DNA of 64,000 nucleotides from Folioceros fuciformis (lineage: Eukaryota), in the NCBI GenBank assembly GCA_049999805.1, contig JBNGIO010006285.1, forward strand, positions 1 through 64,000, read 5' to 3'. Under the pieces are notes generated by a model. The model was not told the DNA's origin. It made no database searches and was given only the letters and a program-made list of their open reading frames with translations. Below, one piece after another: positions 1 through 11,934 of the stretch. Position numbers and translations under genes: made by a program. Position 1 is the stretch's first letter; every line of letters begins with the position of its first letter.

Positions 1-138
1 GATTCAGGAGCTCTAGCACGAATTTGTCTGCCATTTGAGCTCTACCGTTGGGAAGCGGGAACTTTGCATGGTGAAAATCCAAAATCTCCTTTCACTCTAT
101 CGTCGTCGGCAGGGGCTGGGAGGCGATGCAGGCAGGGA

Positions 139-3100
139 ATGAAACGATGCCAGGGAGGAATGAAAGTTCTTGCAATTCGGTGCGCGGTCGAGGAGTCATG
201 GCTGCGCCAGGCAAGATTGCCACGAGTTACTGGATTTCACGCTTCATCTTGTTACGCTTCTGAGCTGCGAGCCGTGGCCATTGGGCCCCAGGACGATGCA
301 GGCAGCGACCATGAGGAATTGGAATGTACTGGCAGACCTTCAATTTCGTCCCGGGAAGCCCGAGGGATAGAGAGACTATGCAAGCTGGGACGGCTGGACA
401 AGGCGCTTCTTATGCTCCGCCGCGTAGACAAGCAGGGCCTTTCGTCTTCCCTGCACCTGTATCAGCTGATATTGCAAGCTTGCATCAAACATAAGGCCCT
501 TGCAGAGGCCAAGTGGCTGCATGCTCATCTTGTTCATCACGGGTTGGAGTCCGACGGAATTCTGGCAGAGCTTCTGGTGAGTGCTCTGGTGAAGTGCGGG
601 AGTCTTGCAGAGGGGCTTCACCTGTTTGGAAGGTTGTCTTACCGAACTGTGGTCTCCTGGTCAGCCATTATTTCAGGTTATTGCAGATCTGGAAAATGTA
701 ATGAAGCTCTGTCATGCTATGAGCGAATGCGGGATGAAGGTGTCCAGCCGGATGGGTATACTTTCCTCTGCTTGCTTGGAGCATGCAAAACCATGGTTGA
801 CCTCAAGTGGGTGCATGGAGAGGTTTGTGGACATGGGTTCCACTTGGACGCCTTTGTTGGGAGCATGCTTGTGAGCATGTATTCAAAGTTTGGAAGCATC
901 GTGTATGCGGAACAGGTATTTGATGGGTTGCCAGAGCGGGATCATGTTGTGTGGAATGCTATGCTGGCAGCATATGCGCAGCGAAATCAAGGAGGAAAGG
1001 CTTTTGAGCTTTACCTAAAGATGCAGGTGGAGGGCTTCAGGCCAGATGCTCGAAGCTTCGTGAGCGTACTTCAAGCTTGTGGGAGCATTGCCGAACAGGA
1101 GGCCATTGCTTTTGTTAATGGACAGATTGTCAAGGTTCAGTCACTACAAAGGGGAAAGGCTATACATGCTGAAGCTGTGCAGAGGGGGTTCGAGTCAAAT
1201 CTTTTTGTTGGCAATACGTTAGTCAGTATGTATGCCAAGTGTGGAAGCATGGTGGATGCACAGCGGGTGTTTGATAGCTTGCCCCAGCCTGATGTGGCAT
1301 CGTGGAATGCAATGCTTGCAGCTTATGCTCAACAGGAGCAAGGAGGAAGGGCCTTGCATGTGTTCCGGCAAATGGCTGAAAACAAGGTTAAACCGGATGC
1401 TCGAACCTTTGTCAGTGTTGTCCAAGCGTGTGGCATGCTTGCTGAAGTAGAGCAATGTTGGTTGGTTGATGGTCTGAAACTTAAGGTGGAGGCCCTGCGT
1501 TTAGGGAAGGAAATACACGCAGGAGTTACGAAATCTGCATCAAACGTGTTTGTCAGCAACTCTTTGATTGTCATGTATGCAAAATGTGGGAGCATCATGG
1601 ATGCAGAATTCGTGTTTGATAGATTGTCCCAGCGTAATACAGTGTCGTGGAATGTGATGCTTGCAGCATATGCTCAGCAAGATCATTGCGATCAGGCGTT
1701 GCAGATATATCAGCAAATGCAAGAGGAGGGACACGAGCCTGATGCCCGCACTCTGGTCTCTCTTCTCCAGGCATGTGGCGCCCTTGCAGATAGGGAGGGA
1801 AATGTGCTAAAGGACATGCAGAGTGTCAAGGTTGAATCTCTGCAGAAAGGTAAGGAATTACATGCTATTGCTGCTTGGAAAGGTTTTGAGTCGGAAGTGT
1901 TTGTTGGCAGTGCTCTGGTAAGTTTGTATGGAAAATGTGGGAGCATCATTGATGCGCAGCAGGTGTTTGATAGACTGCATCAACGTGATGTGGTATCATG
2001 GACTGCCCTTATATCAGCATATGCTCAGCAGGAGCAAGGGGAAAAGGCTTTAAAGAATTTCAGTCAGATGCAAGAGGAATGTGTCCCACCAGATGCTTGG
2101 ACTTTTGTGAGCGCACTTCAAGCCTGTAGCGTCCTTGCGCAACAAGAGGAATCGACATGTGTGGATGGGCAAAATCTGAAGGTTGAATCGCTGTGGAAAG
2201 GGAAGGAAATACATGCAGAAGCTCGCAAGAATGACCTCGATCTGGATCTCTTTGTTGGTAACACGTTGGTTAATATGTATGCAAAATGTGGGAGCATCCA
2301 CGATGCAGAGGTGATGTTTGACAGATTGCCACATCGTGATTTAGTCTCTTGGAACTCGATACTGTCTGCATATGCCCAGCAGGGCCAAGGTGAGAGAGTG
2401 TTGCATATGTTCTGGGTGATGCAAGATGAAGTCGTACCAAATGGACTGACCTTTCTCAGTGCTATCCAAGCTTGTGGTTTGACTGCAGAAATGGGACAGA
2501 GCACTCTTGTAGGTGGTCAACATGTCAAGGTAGAGTCCCTTCATAGGGGAAAAGAAGTCCATGCTGCACTGACTCTCAGAGGTTTTGAAACTGATGAATT
2601 CATCAACAATAGTGCAGTTAGTATGTATGCGAAGTGTGGGAGCGTAATGGATGCACAGCAGGTGTTTGATACGTTGTTCCAGCCTGATGTGATATCTTGG
2701 ACAGCCCTGATGGCAGCGTATATTCAACAGGGACACGGAGAAGTAGGGATACAGCTCTTTTGTCATATGCAAGAAAAAGGTGTGATGCCAGATGCACAGA
2801 CATTTGTATGCACTCTCCAAGCATGTTCCATTGTTGCACAGAAGGAGGAATGTGCATTGGTGGATGGACAAAATGTGAAAGTTTTTTCACTGCGAAGGGC
2901 GAAAGAAATACATGCTCAAGCGGCCTGTATGGGTTTTGCATCTGATCTCTTTGTTGCTAGCACTCTTGTCACCACTTATGGACTGTGTGGCAGCATAGAG
3001 AATGCTGAAGTTGTGTTCATCCAATGTTACGATCGTGATGCAATAATGTGGAACGCAATGCTTTCAGCATTTGTTCAACAGCGCCAAGGAGGAAAAGCCC

Positions 3101-4704
3101 TGGAATTGTACCAACTGATGCAACAGGAAGGCATCTACATGGATGCCAGGACGTTTGTGAGCACAATTGAAGCCTGTGCTACGCTCACGGAACATGAGGA
3201 AAGTGCTCACGTGAATGGGCAAGACGTGAAGATATCGTCACTGCAAGTGGGGAAGGAGATACACGCAGCCGCTGTGAAGCATTTTGAGTCAGACATCTTT
3301 GTTGGTAGTGCTTTGATAGGTATGTACGCAAAGTGTGGGAGCATCGCTGATGTACAGACGGTGTTCAGCACATTTTGCCAACATGATACTGTGTTATGGA
3401 CTTCCCTGATCGCTGCCCATGCTGAGCAGGGCCAAGGTGAGATGGGCTTGCAGATCTTTCAACAAATGAAAGACAAAGGGGCTGTGCCAAATGCTTATAC
3501 TTTTGTTTGCGCCCTTCAGGCGTGCAGCATCATTGCACAAGATGAGAAAACTGCCATTGTAAGTGGCCAATATGTCAAGGTTCAATCACTTCAGAAAGTG
3601 CAACACTTGCACGGTGAAGCAGCTGACATTGGTTTGGAAACGAATGTTTTTGTGGGTAGTAGTTTGATACATGCATATGCAAAATGTGGAAGCATTCCAG
3701 ACGCAGAACAGGTTTTCAACAAAATTTCCGAGCACTGCACAGTGACGTGGACAGCAATAATTGCTGCTTATGCTCAGGATCATGGAGAAAAAGCTGTGCA
3801 GCTATACGGTCAAATGCAAGCCCGAGGTGTGCAGTCCCATGAGGCCACATTTGTTGCTGTCCTGGAAGCTTGCAGCAATATTGGGGCACTTGACATTTGC
3901 AAGCAGGCCCACGAGGCCATCGTGCACAAAGGATTGGAGTGCCGTTGTTCATTGGCTACCAGTTTGATTCATGCCTATGGCAAATGCGGGGACGTGAGGG
4001 CAGCTCAAAATGTCTTTGACTTACTCCCCACACCAGATGTGGTCGCATGGACTTCACTGATTGCTGGGTATGCACGCCAAGGGGGTGGAAAGATGACTAT
4101 ACAGTGCTACAATGACATGTGTTCAGCCGGTGTAAAACCAAATAGAGTCACATTTTTGACACTTCTATCCGCATGCAATCATGCAGGCCTGGTAGGTGAA
4201 GGTCTGGAGTACTTTGAGAGTATGGACAGGGATCATGGCATTCCCCCAGACCTGGAACATTACGCTTGCGTGATTGACCTGGTTAGTCGAGCGGGACACT
4301 TCAGCAAGGCAGAGGAATTCCTTTCACAGATGCCTCTACAGCCTGATCTACCACTGTGGTTGTGTTTGCTAGGTGCCTGTCGGAAACATGGCAATCTAGA
4401 ACTGGGAAAGCGTGCGTTTAACAGTGCAGTGGCGTTAGAGCCAAAGCAAGCTGCAGCTTATCTGCTCATGTCAAATATCTACGCTCAGGCTGGCATGTGG
4501 GAGTGCGCAAAGAAAATAGAGGAACAAAGAAAGGTTGCGGGTGCTTGGAAAATGCCTGGCCATAGCTGGATTGAGCATGAGCAGGAAGTCCACACATTCT
4601 TTGTGCGAGACAGCAGGCATCAACAAGAACCAGTACTGCATGAACTGTTAAACGAGCTGAGGGCAAAGCTGAGAATGCAGGGCAGTTTTGCCCAGCAGAC
4701 TTGA
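139..4704 (+). CDS. PLS-class PPR protein, E+ subclass (organellar RNA editing specificity factor), intronless, with 8 elongated LL-type motifs
   Basis: Repeating P-L-S triplets (WNAMLAAYAQ / FVSVLQAC / MYAKCGS..DA..VFD), then P2-L2-S2, E1/E2 (WLCLLGACRKHGN; YLLMSNIYA) and a PG box (KMPGHSWIE). The ORF stops before any DYW deaminase. The track start at 64 is TTG; in-frame ATGs are at 139 and 160. Confidence 0.95.
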   Translation: MKRCQGGMKVLAIRCAVEESWLRQARLPRVTGFHASSCYASELRAVAIGPQDDAGSDHEELECTGRPSISSREARGIERLCKLGRLDKALLMLRRVDKQGLSSSLHLYQLILQACIKHKALAEAKWLHAHLVHHGLESDGILAELLVSALVKCGSLAEGLHLFGRLSYRTVVSWSAIISGYCRSGKCNEALSCYERMRDEGVQPDGYTFLCLLGACKTMVDLKWVHGEVCGHGFHLDAFVGSMLVSMYSKFGSIVYAEQVFDGLPERDHVVWNAMLAAYAQRNQGGKAFELYLKMQVEGFRPDARSFVSVLQACGSIAEQEAIAFVNGQIVKVQSLQRGKAIHAEAVQRGFESNLFVGNTLVSMYAKCGSMVDAQRVFDSLPQPDVASWNAMLAAYAQQEQGGRALHVFRQMAENKVKPDARTFVSVVQACGMLAEVEQCWLVDGLKLKVEALRLGKEIHAGVTKSASNVFVSNSLIVMYAKCGSIMDAEFVFDRLSQRNTVSWNVMLAAYAQQDHCDQALQIYQQMQEEGHEPDARTLVSLLQACGALADREGNVLKDMQSVKVESLQKGKELHAIAAWKGFESEVFVGSALVSLYGKCGSIIDAQQVFDRLHQRDVVSWTALISAYAQQEQGEKALKNFSQMQEECVPPDAWTFVSALQACSVLAQQEESTCVDGQNLKVESLWKGKEIHAEARKNDLDLDLFVGNTLVNMYAKCGSIHDAEVMFDRLPHRDLVSWNSILSAYAQQGQGERVLHMFWVMQDEVVPNGLTFLSAIQACGLTAEMGQSTLVGGQHVKVESLHRGKEVHAALTLRGFETDEFINNSAVSMYAKCGSVMDAQQVFDTLFQPDVISWTALMAAYIQQGHGEVGIQLFCHMQEKGVMPDAQTFVCTLQACSIVAQKEECALVDGQNVKVFSLRRAKEIHAQAACMGFASDLFVASTLVTTYGLCGSIENAEVVFIQCYDRDAIMWNAMLSAFVQQRQGGKALELYQLMQQEGIYMDARTFVSTIEACATLTEHEESAHVNGQDVKISSLQVGKEIHAAAVKHFESDIFVGSALIGMYAKCGSIADVQTVFSTFCQHDTVLWTSLIAAHAEQGQGEMGLQIFQQMKDKGAVPNAYTFVCALQACSIIAQDEKTAIVSGQYVKVQSLQKVQHLHGEAADIGLETNVFVGSSLIHAYAKCGSIPDAEQVFNKISEHCTVTWTAIIAAYAQDHGEKAVQLYGQMQARGVQSHEATFVAVLEACSNIGALDICKQAHEAIVHKGLECRCSLATSLIHAYGKCGDVRAAQNVFDLLPTPDVVAWTSLIAGYARQGGGKMTIQCYNDMCSAGVKPNRVTFLTLLSACNHAGLVGEGLEYFESMDRDHGIPPDLEHYACVIDLVSRAGHFSKAEEFLSQMPLQPDLPLWLCLLGACRKHGNLELGKRAFNSAVALEPKQAAAYLLMSNIYAQAGMWECAKKIEEQRKVAGAWKMPGHSWIEHEQEVHTFFVRDSRHQQEPVLHELLNELRAKLRMQGSFAQQT

Positions 4705-6632
4705 TACTACCCTCTGATACAAGGGCCAGTTGAGATCATGTACATTGAAGGTGGGACTTCTCAACAAGGTGCGTGCTACCAGCATCAATGAAGTATTATC
4801 TAAACTGTGTTTGTTTTCCGTGGCTGGTTCCTGATTGCACCTTCTTACTGAGAGTTGATTGTTCACTTTTGCAGAAAGTAGTATGCCTCGGGAATGGAAA
4901 AGTGTGCCCTACATATTGAACACGACGCACAAAATCCACCTGCGGTGGGATAGGCATTAAAACATGGAATCCATGTAATATATCACTACATTATCTATGA
5001 ATCATATCTTAATCATCTATTACCGAAGAAATAGAGAGTCTATCAAACCGAAGAGATATAACCACCCATAGCTGAGCTTAGCTAAGGTGCCTGCATGTGG
5101 GCATGACCTTAGCCCAAGCTGTTGGAGTTGAGACAAGGAAGAATATTTAGCCCACCTGGGAGACGAAATTGCAAAGAGTTGGATTTTGTTGCAGCAGTTG
5201 TTACACCTAACAATTCTTCCACTATGTATATTCATAAATTCTTTATGTACATATATACTTTGCTCTTTATATACATGGACAATGCACAAAGTAATGCATA
5301 TATAAGTACCAGTTTATTCATGATTGAAACTAAATATTTTTTATAATAATTCTTGGTGACTCTTTACCTCAAGGTGTATTATCTTTTTATTAATTTATAT
5401 AATCAAAATATATTTCTCTAATCATAATTTTCTAGTAGACCTTAAGTGTTCTTGGGACCATGATATTTTAGATGCTGACTGTAGTCATTAGGGATTAGTC
5501 CTCGAGTCCCAATCATGATTTATCTTTCTTAGAACGTATATAGGTTTTTCATCTTATTTTTCTAAAATAAATAAAAGTGTTCATAATCAAAATCAAGTAT
5601 AATACTATTATCATAATGTTCTGATGTTTCCTTTTCTAATACAAGATATGATTTTCTATTGATGTTAAATCAAGATAAAAGATAATAAAATTATATAAAA
5701 ATAGAAAATAAAAACTTTCAATCAACATTCCACTACTCCCCACCTTATCTACTTATATCAAAACCCGAGCAATCCTATCTTGACGACCTCTTCATAAACC
5801 TCTATTATATTATAATAAACTAACTGTACTAATAATAATCACTCTATATTAAATTACTTAAAATAATATAATATTTAGTAAAAATCAGATGACATAATAT
5901 ATACATAATTAAAGTATTATGATTTAATCAAACCTCAAAAATGTTAGCGATGGCTTGTGATAGACTACGCACATGCGTGTCCTAGGGACCTGTCCAACGC
6001 TGCAAGGCGGAGTAGATAGGTGTTTAGGTGTATACCTACTAATTCCCAAAAATGTCCGTACTTAGAAGGAATAACCAAGCCGAGTCACCGAACTACTAGC
6101 AGATTAAAGTGTCAAGGGAGTGCCTCCGATTCTCCGCAAGCACGAGGGATCCATTGGGACAGACACAAAGCAGTCCATCGAAGTTGCAGCCTGCAGGTTG
6201 TTTGTCGGCACGGCAAGCCATGGCCTTTCTCTTCTGTTCTTCCTTTAAGCTTGTTGGTGCTTATTCTCTTGCTTCTCTCCTGTGTCGTGTCCTGCCGGTC
6301 GGGGACAATTGCATTGAAGTTTCCAGCTGATTTCTGGCAGCAGGTTGGGGACGAGCAGCTGCATCCTGGTTTCGAAGGAGTCTGCGTGTCTCGCATAGTA
6401 TTGGAAACTGGACGCTTCGGGTTCTTGGAGTCGTGCAAGAAGGAGAAGTGGGATAAGCATTTGCGCTCTTTCTCGAGGGTGGAATTTGGAAGATGGATGT
6501 GCCCGAGGGCAGTGCGTGTCTGAGGACCAGGAATTGGTTGTGAGGATCTGCTGGTAGTAGTGGATTTGTGTTGGAACGAACGGTGGCTTGCTTGTAGGCA
6601 AGAAAGACTTCACCCAAGCAAGGAAGCACACT

Positions 6633-7328
6633 ATGTCGAGTGTACAAGTCGCGAGCAAGGAGACGGAGCGGGATGTGGAGCTGACGCTGTTTGCCGTCAA
6701 AGAATGTTATGTGTACATCATACCTCCAAGAAGAACAGCCGCCGCGCACAGAGCAGATGACTGGAACATCAACGACTGGGCGTGGGAGGGTGCGATGAAG
6801 ATTACGGTGAGAGGCGGGGAATGCACAATCCGGTTGGAGGACAAAATTACGGGAGAGCTGTACGCTCAGGCCCCTCTTCGCGCAGGTCAGCCTCTTCCAG
6901 TAGAAGCGGTAGTGGACAGCAGCCGATTCTTCGTGCTGCGCATCGAGGACAGTTCCTCCGCGCGAACGAAGCACGCCTTCGTGGGAGTCGGCTTTCGGGA
7001 GCGAGCGGAGGCGTACGACTTTCAGGCTGCTCTTTATGACCACGTCAAGTATCTCGATACCGATGAGGACACCCCTCGACTGCAAGTACAGTTCCAGACG
7101 GGCCGGACGTCACCTTACCCTCGGATCTTTGATGAGAATTTCGACATTTCCTTTCTCAAAAAGGCTCTTGCTCCTCCGCGCTTGGACAAGGGCTCCAAGC
7201 CGGCTGCTTGCCCTGCTGTGGTGGCACCTCAATCTTGCACCAAGACCGCAGTCACGGTAGCCAACGCGGAGCCTACAAGTACCGGTTGCAGGAGCGCAGG
7301 TGGCGAAGGGCGGGGAGGAGGAGTCTGA
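6633..7328 (+). CDS. NECAP: NECAP-like adaptin ear-binding coat-associated protein (PHear/DUF1681 domain), intronless
   Basis: ECYVYIIPPR..HRADDW, IRLEDKITGELYAQAP, VEAVVDSSRFFVLRIED and AFVGVGFRERAEAYDFQAAL match NECAP PHear-domain motifs. First ATG at 6633. Confidence 0.9.
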   Translation: MSSVQVASKETERDVELTLFAVKECYVYIIPPRRTAAAHRADDWNINDWAWEGAMKITVRGGECTIRLEDKITGELYAQAPLRAGQPLPVEAVVDSSRFFVLRIEDSSSARTKHAFVGVGFRERAEAYDFQAALYDHVKYLDTDEDTPRLQVQFQTGRTSPYPRIFDENFDISFLKKALAPPRLDKGSKPAACPAVVAPQSCTKTAVTVANAEPTSTGCRSAGGEGRGGGV

Positions 7329-7594
7329 TGCGACTGATAACAGCACTTGATTAGTTGGTCTCTCTTACCAACAACAGCCCTTGAGAAAGACGCCGCTAGC
7401 AAACAAGACTTACAGTCGTCGTGCAGCGTGAACGCTGTTTCCAGCAAGGGTTTTCTTGCCAATTAGTGTGTCCAAAACTGTAGCTTTCTTTCGGTGTGTA
7501 CGAGAATGCTGGGTAACTGTAGCCCTAAAGGGATGGGAGTAAAATATCTGGCGAATGGACAAAATCGATTCTAGAGTGAAAGTTGCGTTCTCCT

Positions 7595-8335
7595 ATGACA
7601 TCATCCTGGTGCAGGGCTGTATACTCTGTCGTGTGGCCGAAGATGCATGGGATATGGCAGCGGCAGCTGCCCGGGCCCGGGCTCGGGCTCGGGCTCGGCC
7701 TCGAGGGCCGCAGAGCAGCGAGCTTCGACTGGTGTGGAATTAGGCTGGGGTGTAGTGTAGGTGCGGTTGGCAACAGGTCGGTATGGATGCGTCCTCGCGG
7801 GTTTCTAGAGCAGGAGGTGAGCACTTGGCAAGGTACGGGGGTGCGATGCTTTGCGGGCAAGAAGTCGAAGGGGCCCGCGAAACTGAGCTTCAACCTGCCT
7901 GTCGGGTGCGAATGCAATCGGTGTCAGATCATGCGGATGCTCCTCGACAGGTATGAGGAAATTCAGGATAAGGTTGAGACGATTCCGCAGATTACCACCA
8001 AGCATGTCACTCTAGGGTTTGCCAGAAGTGGTGGCGCAGGAGGCCAGAATGTGAACAAAGTGAACACCAAGGTGGATATGCGATTCAATGTCATGGCAGC
8101 CGAATGGCTGCCGGAAAGAGTGAGGACGCAGCTGATGAAAGCTGAGAAAAATCGGATTAACAAGGACGGTGAGATTGTCGTTGCTTCCTCCAAATCTAGG
8201 AGCCAAAGAGACAATGTGGAAGATGCTTTGGAGAGATTGCAGGATATGATCGAGGCCGCCTATAAGGCAGCTCCGAGTGAGAAAGACAGGATCGTGGATT
8301 TGCTAACGAGACTTGAAAGGTCCAAGGGAAAGTAG
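7595..8335 (+). CDS. ICT1: ArfB/YaeJ/ICT1-like peptidyl-tRNA hydrolase (GGQ release-factor domain), probably organelle-targeted, with a short C-terminal tail
   Basis: FARSGGAGGQNVNKVNTKVDMRFNV..WL..NRINKDGEIVV.S.KSRSQ..N.EDAL.RL is the ArfB/ICT1 signature. The start is uncertain (ATG 7595 or 7643). Confidence 0.88.
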   Translation: MTSSWCRAVYSVVWPKMHGIWQRQLPGPGLGLGLGLEGRRAASFDWCGIRLGCSVGAVGNRSVWMRPRGFLEQEVSTWQGTGVRCFAGKKSKGPAKLSFNLPVGCECNRCQIMRMLLDRYEEIQDKVETIPQITTKHVTLGFARSGGAGGQNVNKVNTKVDMRFNVMAAEWLPERVRTQLMKAEKNRINKDGEIVVASSKSRSQRDNVEDALERLQDMIEAAYKAAPSEKDRIVDLLTRLERSKGK

Positions 8336-8626
8336 ATGCATGACATTGTGTGAGGGGAGAGCTGCACTCCTTTTAAGTGAGAGTCGATTTGAGTCGGGGA
8401 GAGCGCCTGTGATACTCTAGGCAATACGGTGCACCATACTCCTTCAGCTGCAAAAAAATGATCGGTGCACTGAGAGTTGTGCAACAAATACACCATACAA
8501 TGAATGAATTCCGCAAGTCTGACGAATTCTTGGTAGCCTATCGAAGTACTTGAAAAGCAGAACACCTGCCTGTCCAAGGCGCACTACTGTATGTGGTAGG
8601 ATCATAAAACCTCATTGATAAATCGG

Positions 8627-11291
8627 TTATCGAAGGTCGATGATCTCATAATTCATTTCCTGTTTCATGTACACGTGAGAACAATGCTCGTAGATTGCCC
8701 CTCCACCGTCTGGACGCTCATGTGGATGAAATCCCCTTTCCTGACACTGCTGTATCACCTTCACGCCAGCAGGATCTGCCAAGCGGAAGATCCCATGTTG
8801 CCTGCAATGAACCAGACAGTTCCTTTCAAAAACAGCCAAACTATTGCACATCGAGGCTAATGGGCCCTGGAGTTGGACATGCAAAAATATCCTTAACAGC
8901 CTGATGCGACATACCGCTCAGAATCTTTGGGCGCCATGACTATAGCGATGGCCTCGGGGAGCATGATCTGCGCAAAAAATTACGGAGAGTGGCTGAGTAC
9001 CGCGCAAGAGGGCACCGTGTGAACACCCCGTAAGCAGGACTGTGAATTCTCTACCTGGTACGAATAATGTGTGTGCAGGTCTATTGACGACATGAAGCAG
9101 CTCTGAGATGGATGTGTCTGCAAAATGAAAGGCCGACTTGTCAGATCATAACAGCGTGGCATCAGAACTGTCATATGTAGTCCAGAACGCTCAGTCATGC
9201 AGGTTCTGCACGTACATGTATCCATCCTAATTGAAAGAGACCACGCTTGTCTTGAGTGTCAAATATCTCCTCCTCGTTCATTGCTTCACACTGCAACAAA
9301 TCCAAGAACAACGTTACATGCATTTGATATTGCTGCATCGTCAGGAAAGCAACTAAGAATATATCCAGCAATGAGCATCTGAATGGGTAGGAGGGACTAA
9401 CAGAGTCTGAAGTGCTTTTTTGCTTCGGTATGATGAGCGCAGTCACGTTAAAAGTACCATGTTTCTGCAGACAGCACGTTTGTTAGGCACAAACACATAT
9501 CTAGCTCATCGGAAGACAAGGAGGAAATGGACCAAACTCACCAAGGAGCCACCGAGCACGCCACAGGTCTCCAAATTCATCTGTGTATTTCTTTGCGCCA
9601 TAAGCAAGAACTCGTTCATCATGTTCACAGACTGCACGTTTCCCCATAATTGGAGCGAAGTCAACAACCGACATAAATATTTCAAGAGACAAATTCTCAA
9701 ATTGTTTTCCCCAGCCCTGTACTCCCCACCTCCTAATCCCCTTCCCTTCGAAGCAGAGAGAAAGTGGACTCACAATGAACAATCTCTTCGGACCCCTCTC
9801 TCCAGGGCCTTCATCCAAGGCTGCAGGCCCTGGCCATGGATCAGCAACTTCAGGAAACCGGGGTCGAGCAAATGCGCTGTTGTGGTCATTGCACGGAGGT
9901 GGCAATGTCTGTACATGAGCAGCAACTGGAGGAGGTGATGGTTGTCTGATAAGGGTAGGTGACCAGACACTCCCAGTGCCGGTAAATGGTGTGCTGTCTG
10001 CGGCTGACTTGGGCATCAGCTCTTCAATCCACGCATCCCCAGACGTCAAAGAAGTTGATACCGCTGAGGTACCCACTGGGGCTGCTGATGGCACGGGGGG
10101 GGTCCGCCAGTTTGCATCCAAACTAAACATATACGAGCACAAACTTAGCGCTATGGATGTGAAGACTCTCAAGACAGATGTCCAATCCCACAGACACAGG
10201 ATGTCACACCAAGAAGATCCCGTGTGAGTTACATACCTTGGTATTTCAATCATAGACGTGTCAACGCGGCTGGGATATTGAACCTGCACGGGCTGACAGC
10301 GGCCATCCGAACAGAACAGCTCAAATATCGCAGAACAGGGCGACGGCAACGAGCACCAACGAGATGGACCCAACGAAGCCAAATACTCACCTTCAGTTGA
10401 TAATTTTGAACGTCCCACCCCCTGCGTTGGTTCATTGCTCCAAGTAACGAATGCCTTGCTAAGGTCTCATCTTTGGGGCGTGGTATAGACACTGAGCGTG
10501 CACTGGCAGTTGTGGAGAAGCCGAGTTCACGACTAATCGACACACTCCCAAAAGCATGATCAAGAGCAGACACATCACGTGATGGAGCTCTGAGTTCACG
10601 ATTTATCTTCTCCACCTGGCGGTGAGCCTCGTCTTTCAGTGCCTCAAGCTCATCAATTACCGACTTAAGTTTCTGGAAAACAAGGGGCGAACGTTAGGAG
10701 CACTTGCACACAAGGCTGCTCGCTCTCCGCTCAAACGAAGGCAAAAACCAGTCCTCACCGATCTATAGAACTTTCTCTCCTCCTGACAACAAGTCTCATA
10801 GTCACGATGTTCAGGTATGGTCTCAGAAACAAGGCTGCAACGAAGAAGGAAGCTCGTTGGAGTGATTTGAGACAGTTAACCCCGACCAAGACCTAAAAAT
10901 CAGGGCAACCAACAGTGACCACAAGGAAGAATCCAAACCTGGAAAATCGGAGCAGGAAGACGTAGAGATCGACAACATTGCGCTCGTGTCGATAGATGTT
11001 AGCCTGCCAGGCAAAAAATTCAAGGCTATGAGGTGCAAACGCAGTCTCCCTCTTGCTGGCTGCAAACCTCCATCATCTCATGAACAAGCTCCACATCCTC
11101 GAACAGCTGAAGCACAGACTGAGCCAATTGGCGTGCAAAGGAGGCAATTTCGGGAATTGCGTGGCTACAAGGAGCCGCACCTGCTTGAGCAAATTCTCAG
11201 CCGTGCGGTAGTAGATCTTGAGCGACAGCCGATTATCGACCTCCCGCTTGCGAGTTTGCGCCTGAATGTCGATCGGACGCTGCTGCCCCAT
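8627..11291 (-). CDS. AMSH: AMSH-like ubiquitin thioesterase (MIT + JAMM/MPN+), multi-exon
   Basis: Exon pieces: MGQQRPIDI..VDNRLSLKIYYRTAENLLKQ (ATG 11291); NTQMNLETCGVLGGSL; TALIIPKQKSTSDS; NEEEIF..LGWIH|THPSQSCFMSSIDLHTHYSYQ (JAMM HxH..S..D); GIFRL..CQERGFHPH..IIDLR stop. GT-AG boundaries seen around the JAMM exons. Confidence 0.93.
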
Positions 11292-11934
11292 GGTGACTGT
11301 GCACAAGCAGCAGCGTCCTTGCCCTTTCCTTTCACCGATGTAGTGCACAAGCGCAATAGCGTGCGGAATAGGCCACCATGCCCGTCCAAGTTCCTGCCTC
11401 CTGCACTCGCTACATTCGTTTGCTCTCCTTCCGAAAACCAGGCCACCCAGCTTCCTACGCGGCCGGTCGCTGCTTATGTCGACAACTTTACGACACTTGG
11501 TTTTATCAACGTTTTATCCTCAACCTTATTTCACCCTCCCACATTTTCTTCGTACACTACTGTAGTAAGGTGATGTGATGTGCCACAGGACCAGTACATT
11601 TTTTTTTATAATGCAACTTCAATCCTGTTAAAACTTTGTACCTTAAATCCTATTAAAAAATGCACCCTAAACCCTATTGTAGGTCATTATATGATCTATA
11701 TATTACAGATTTAGGATTCGTATTGAACTTCCCTAAGCAACTTCTAGATGCTGAATTTGTTTTTGAAAATATCGCTCTTGTGTGCCTGACAAAACTGTTC
11801 CCCAAGAGCAACTGTACTAATTTAAATAAATAACATCCCTTAAGTGGGCGACCAAGCATCCCGAGGTCACTTCGGCTGCAGTTTCGCCGCCTCCAAGGTG
11901 AGAGGAACAGGAGAGTAGTTGAGGTAGTGAAGAC

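Noticed and set aside
7654-7743. Alternative frame [13 protein letters not shown] as the ICT1 transit peptide
   Set aside because: It stops at 7743 and I could not identify a convincing intron joining it to the GGQ frame. It needs cDNA evidence.
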